The notes beneath the pieces are model-generated. The model made no database searches and was not told the origin of the DNA. It worked only from the letters and a program-made list of their open reading frames with translations. A DNA stretch of 64,000 nt from positions 19,426 to 83,425 of the forward strand of contig CAWIOS010000014.1 of NCBI GenBank assembly GCA_963837815.1, read 5' to 3'. Numbering within the stretch: the stretch's first letter is position 1; each line of letters begins with the position of its first letter. A program made the translations under genes and the position numbers. This document shows positions 59,728 to 64,000 of the stretch, one piece after another. This stretch comes from Ignavibacteriota bacterium. Its GTDB lineage: Bacteria; Bacteroidota; Ignavibacteria; UBA10030; UBA6906.

Positions 59728-59878
59728 CGACGGGACAACCCCCGCGGTTTTCTGGCGGGGCACAACGCGTCCCGCCCTCGGGCGGGAGTCGCATACTGGA
59801 CAGGATTGGGAATATTTCCGATATTGGGACGGCACTTGTACTCGTCATGCTGCCGTCCCACTATTTTGAAGGCTGAAT

Positions 59879-60484
59879 GTGCAGGACGTACGGGTCATGT
59901 TCGACCGTTTGCGGGAACACATCAGGCAACGGATACCGCTTACGGATGAGGAATTTCCATCATGCACTTCCCTCATGGTGCCAAAGAGGGTCAGGAAGGA
60001 TGCTTACCTTGTTCAGGAAGGCGAACGTTCGAAATATCTCGCGTTTGTCACGAAGGGTTGCCTCCGCTCTTACACAATCGATAAGAAGGGGGAAGAACAT
60101 ATTGTCCAGTTCGCCGTCGAAGGATGGTGGATAACTGATCTCTACAGCTTTCTGACAGGCAAGGAATCGGAATATTTCATCGACGCTCTGGAGGACTCGG
60201 ATGTTCTCCTCATTGACGCTCCGTCCTATGAAAAGCTCTGTGAAACGGTGCCGAAGTTCGAGCGGTATTTCAGGATTCTTCTGCAGAACAACTACATTGC
60301 TACCCACCGCAGGGTGGTCGCGTCCATAAGCCTTTCCGCCGAAGAACAATACCTCCAGCTGCTCCAGGAATCCCCTGCACTCGTTCAGCGCGTGGCGCAG
60401 CGCCATATCGCGTCATATCTCGGCATCACTCCGGAAGCCCTGAGCCGGATCCGGAATCGGATGGCCAGACACCAGAAGACGTAA
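59879..60484 (+). CDS. Crp/Fnr-family transcriptional regulator
   Basis: cNMP-like barrel (FVTKGCLRSY...QFAVEGWWI); HTH IASYLGITPEALSRIR. Confidence 0.93.
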   Translation: MQDVRVMFDRLREHIRQRIPLTDEEFPSCTSLMVPKRVRKDAYLVQEGERSKYLAFVTKGCLRSYTIDKKGEEHIVQFAVEGWWITDLYSFLTGKESEYFIDALEDSDVLLIDAPSYEKLCETVPKFERYFRILLQNNYIATHRRVVASISLSAEEQYLQLLQESPALVQRVAQRHIASYLGITPEALSRIRNRMARHQKT

Positions 60485-60503
60485 CCTGCATCATCGCTGC
60501 TTC

Positions 60504-60517
60504 TTACCCCGGGTCAA
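60504..60517 (+). promoter_or_regulatory. Degenerate FNR/Crp-type box downstream of the regulator gene
   Basis: TTACC-CCGG-GTCAA followed by TG, as in both yceI boxes. Confidence 0.45.
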
Positions 60518-60618
60518 TGTCGTCTCGTCTCCGTAGTAGCCCGGTGTATTCAAGAGCCGGGCGCGGTTAGAACCGCCGCCACAGGGGCCCCGTTCACCCT
60601 GAGTCCCGCGCGAGCCTC

Positions 60619-63264
60619 CTAGTGGGTAGTTATCTCGAACGTCCCCTTTTGCCGGATATCTCCGGATGAGCTTCCGACGAAAACCTCGACCTCTCCGGGT
60701 TTGACGACGTTGTTGAGGCGCTCATCAAGCAGCGACAGGTCGGCCGCGCTGAGTGAGAACGACACGGTCTTCTTTTCATTCGGCGCCAGTGCGATTCTCC
60801 GGAAGCCTTTCAATTCCTTCACCGGCCGTGTGACGATGCGGGGGCCGTCGTGCAGGTAGAGCTGGACGACCTCGTCCCCTTTCCTCGCTCCGGCGTTCCT
60901 GACATCAACCTCGATCGTGAGGTTTCCGCCTGGGCCGATCGTAGACGGGGTGATCTTGAGATTGCTGTATTCGAACCGGGTGTAGCTGAGGCCGAATCCG
61001 AACGGGAACTGCGGGGAGCCGGAAAGATCAACATAATCGTCCCCCCGCCCGGTCGGTTTGTGGTCATAATACAGCGGAACCTGTCCGATGGACTGGGGGA
61101 ACGTGATGGGGAGCTTCGCGCCGGGGTTATAATCGCCAAAGAGCATGTCCGCGATCGCATTCCCCTCCTCCTCCCCTCCGTACCATTCTTCGACGATCCC
61201 GGATACCTTGTTTATCCACCGGCTCATCGTGACAGCACTGCCGTTCACGAGGACGACAATTGTCGGGACGCCCGTCTCCGCAACTGCGTTGATGAGATCC
61301 TCCTGCGCTCCGGGGAGGTCGAGAAATGCCCGGTCCTGCCCTTCTCCTTCGATGATTCCCGCGAATATGACGGCCGCACCCGAAGTCCGGGCTGCTTCCA
61401 CCGCGGCTTTGAATTGATTGTCATTTTCCGGTTTGAACTCCCAGCCGAGACTCGCGGAGGCTCCGCCTGAATTCTGGAAATATTCCATGCGGATGTCGTA
61501 TTCCTTCCCCGCCTGCATTTTCAGCGTTATGATGTCCGATCCCGGGGATCTGTCATGCCAGCTGTCTACCACAAGCTTCCCGTCGATGTACAGCCGGACG
61601 CCGTCGTCGGTTGTCACGCTGACCTGGAAATTGCGCGATGCCGGGGGGATCAGTTTCCCCGTCCAGCGGACAGAGAAACGCGTGGGGTTGACCTTCTTGT
61701 CAGGGGAGCTGGAATTCCAGTCGAAATCGACCTGCCTGTCGATCCGCACGAGAGCGGGCTCCCCCTTGAGGTCCATGTTGTTGAAATACTCTCCCCGCAA
61801 TCCGTGTTCGCCGGGCTTTGCATCCGGTGGTACAAGGTACTCGCCTGGAATTGCCGGAAGTGCGGCGGGGTTAAGCTCGCACCCTTTCTGGAACACGACA
61901 TTCGTTCCCTTTGACACCTTGTTCCTGATTCCTTCAAGGGGAGTGATGACCTTCATGTCGAGCCCGCTGTATCCGCCGAGACTGACAACGTCGGCCCTCG
62001 GACCGATCACGGCGATGGTCTTCAGATCTTTCTTCAGCGGGAGCACGTCACCGTCGTTCTTCAGGAGAACAATCGCTTCCTGCGCCGCCGCACGTGCAAG
62101 CGTGCGGTGCTCATCCGATCCGTTGATCTTCCCGGCAGCGTGCGGGTCAACATCCGGATGTTCAAACAGCCCCAGCCGGAATTTTGCCGCGAGCACCCTG
62201 GACACCGCGATATCGATCGTCGATTCCGCGACCGATCCTTCCCTGACAGCCTTCAGGAGCGGTTCGCCGTACAGGTAGATTCCCGGAAGCTCCACGTCAA
62301 GACCCGCATTGATCGCCTGCGTGGCCCCCTCTTCTTTCGTCGCCGCGGTGTGGTGAGCGTCCATTATGCCACCCACGGAGCCGTAATCGGACACGACGAA
62401 CCCCTGGAAACCCCATTCGCCTCTCAGGAGATCCGTGAGAAGCCAGTGGTTCGCGGAACACGGAACGCCGTCAAGCGCATTGTATGCCGCCATGACGGAA
62501 GTGGCATGACCCTCCTGGAAACAGGCTTTGAACGGCGGGAGGTAGACTTCACGAAGGAGCCGCTGGTTGAATTCAATCGGGTAGCTGTCGCGCCCGCCGT
62601 CTCCTACGTTCGCGACGTAGTGTTTTGGCGTAGAGATGACGCCTTCGCTCTCGAGGCTCCTGCAGAAAGCAACCCCCATGCGCGATGTCAGAAGCGGATC
62701 TTCGCCGTACGTTTCCTCGACCCTTCCCCAGCGGGCGTCTCTCGCGATATTGATGACGGGGGAAAGGAGCTGGCGGATTCCCCTGCTCCTGGCCTCCCGC
62801 GCTATGGCTGTCGCGACTTTCGCCATGAGTGTCGTATCGAACGTGCTTGCGAGGCCGATTGCCTGCGGAAAGCTCGTCGCTCCTTTGGCCACAACGCCAT
62901 GAAGCCCCTCGTCGTGTATGATCGTCGGTATTTTCAGCCGTGTTTTGTCGGCAATGAGTTTCTGAATCCTGTTTGCCTTCTCCGCCCCTTCCGACGGGGA
63001 GTAGTATCTCAACACGGTTGCCAGTTCCCCGATCCCGTTCGCCGTTATCAGATTGTTCGTCTCAACATCCTGACTTATGCACTGAAGTTGCGCGATCTTT
63101 TCCTCCAGCGTCATCCTCCCCAGAAGATCCTTGACGCGGTCGGCGACGGGGGCTCCGGGGTCAAGATACACCGGTTTCTGGCTGCTCACCTGTCCGATCA
63201 CACCGTGATGGGACGGGGCAAAAAGAAAGCATGCAACGATTGCAGTTAGAGTTTTCGCATTCAT
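60619..63264 (-). CDS. GH3 beta-glucosidase/xylosidase with PA14 insert and Fn3-like domain
   Basis: RDARWGRVEETYGEDP, PKHY, VVSDYG nucleophile, GEYFNN...FSVRWTG...DDGVRL (PA14), PFGFGLSY. Confidence 0.94.
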   Translation of the reverse strand: MNAKTLTAIVACFLFAPSHHGVIGQVSSQKPVYLDPGAPVADRVKDLLGRMTLEEKIAQLQCISQDVETNNLITANGIGELATVLRYYSPSEGAEKANRIQKLIADKTRLKIPTIIHDEGLHGVVAKGATSFPQAIGLASTFDTTLMAKVATAIAREARSRGIRQLLSPVINIARDARWGRVEETYGEDPLLTSRMGVAFCRSLESEGVISTPKHYVANVGDGGRDSYPIEFNQRLLREVYLPPFKACFQEGHATSVMAAYNALDGVPCSANHWLLTDLLRGEWGFQGFVVSDYGSVGGIMDAHHTAATKEEGATQAINAGLDVELPGIYLYGEPLLKAVREGSVAESTIDIAVSRVLAAKFRLGLFEHPDVDPHAAGKINGSDEHRTLARAAAQEAIVLLKNDGDVLPLKKDLKTIAVIGPRADVVSLGGYSGLDMKVITPLEGIRNKVSKGTNVVFQKGCELNPAALPAIPGEYLVPPDAKPGEHGLRGEYFNNMDLKGEPALVRIDRQVDFDWNSSSPDKKVNPTRFSVRWTGKLIPPASRNFQVSVTTDDGVRLYIDGKLVVDSWHDRSPGSDIITLKMQAGKEYDIRMEYFQNSGGASASLGWEFKPENDNQFKAAVEAARTSGAAVIFAGIIEGEGQDRAFLDLPGAQEDLINAVAETGVPTIVVLVNGSAVTMSRWINKVSGIVEEWYGGEEEGNAIADMLFGDYNPGAKLPITFPQSIGQVPLYYDHKPTGRGDDYVDLSGSPQFPFGFGLSYTRFEYSNLKITPSTIGPGGNLTIEVDVRNAGARKGDEVVQLYLHDGPRIVTRPVKELKGFRRIALAPNEKKTVSFSLSAADLSLLDERLNNVVKPGEVEVFVGSSSGDIRQKGTFEITTH

Positions 63265-63552
63265 CAGTCGTTCTCCTTTGGCGCAGGTGAATATCCCTCG
63301 GTGGCGTTCAACCGGCGGGTACGATCAGTATCGACTCAGGTTGGTCAGGATCTCCCTGATCAAGATAGATATCTTGTCCGTCCTTCTCAAGCATCAACGC
63401 CCACGTTGTCTCCTGGTGCGTTTTTCGCATCAAATGAGCTTCCGTTCAAGGCGGCGATCGCTTTCCCGTCTATTCCGCACGATTGACCCTGGAAACAAAT
63501 CACCGGTTTCGTACATTAGTGATACAGAACAAAAGACACATTCGGAGGGTGC

Positions 63553-63990
63553 ATGAGTACGAATTCACAAGTTCCAGATACTGCTGAGCAATCCGGTGCC
63601 GGCGCGTTCCAGGCCCGGGGCCTGACACTTTCGCTGACGGTGAAAGACCTCCAGAAGAGCATAGCCTGGTACACCGAGGTCGTGGGGTTTGCCATCGACA
63701 GGAAGCTCGAGCGCGATGGAAAGCTCCGTGGATGTGTTCTGAAGGCGGGGGACATGCAGATTTCAATCAACCAGGATGACGGGGCAAAGGGTTGGACAAG
63801 AATCAAAGGGGAGGGATTCTCGGTCCGGATTTCGACGGACCAGAACATCGACATGATCGCAAAACGGATTAAGGAACACGGCGGCACGCTGGAATCGGAG
63901 CCCGCGGACATGCCGTGGGGGGCGCGCATATTCCGTCTGCGTGACCTGGACGGATACAAGTTCACGATCTCGTCGGTTCCGCCCGCCTGA
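63553..63990 (+). CDS. VOC/glyoxalase-family protein
   Basis: LTVKDLQKSIAWYTEVVGF, DMPWGARIFRLRDLDG; GGAGG SD. Confidence 0.88.
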   Translation: MSTNSQVPDTAEQSGAGAFQARGLTLSLTVKDLQKSIAWYTEVVGFAIDRKLERDGKLRGCVLKAGDMQISINQDDGAKGWTRIKGEGFSVRISTDQNIDMIAKRIKEHGGTLESEPADMPWGARIFRLRDLDGYKFTISSVPPA

Positions 63991-64000
63991 TCAGAACACT

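Overview
A GC-rich bacterial window of about 55 genes. The bat operon, DUF3078 barrel, TonB receptor with an N-terminal carboxypeptidase-regulatory-like domain and TPR Ser/Thr kinase suggest an FCB-group (Ignavibacteria/Bacteroidota-like) host; this is inference. In order it holds: (1) an AraC/aldo-keto reductase/RibD-like detox module; (2) a TPR Ser/Thr kinase; (3) a minus-strand sugar operon (SSS symporter, galM, GH127, GH2); (4) two tandem divergent PAP2-like proteins and a lipoprotein; (5) a scar of three gene remnants; (6) an 11-gene cluster headed by a CarH/LitR-like B12-binding regulator, with a desaturase, DUF1475, DUF1295, two Cfa-family methyltransferases, an FAD oxidoreductase, DUF1365 and a SOUL protein, resembling a furan-fatty-acid photo-oxidative defence pathway; (7) a GH29 fucosidase and a pterin dehydratase; (8) moaDEA-ppx-CHAD-sixA; (9) moxR-DUF58-batABCDE; (10) an orphan promoter/uORF/terminator cassette; (11) a frameshifted lipoate ligase divergent from aceE-aceF-lpdA and a TonB receptor; (12) a TolC/MFP/RND pump and DUF3078; (13) yceI and a Crp/Fnr regulator with FNR-type boxes; (14) a GH3-PA14 enzyme and a VOC protein. 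I saw no rRNA, tRNA, CRISPR array or intact mobile element. All family calls come from motifs recognised by eye, not from database searches.
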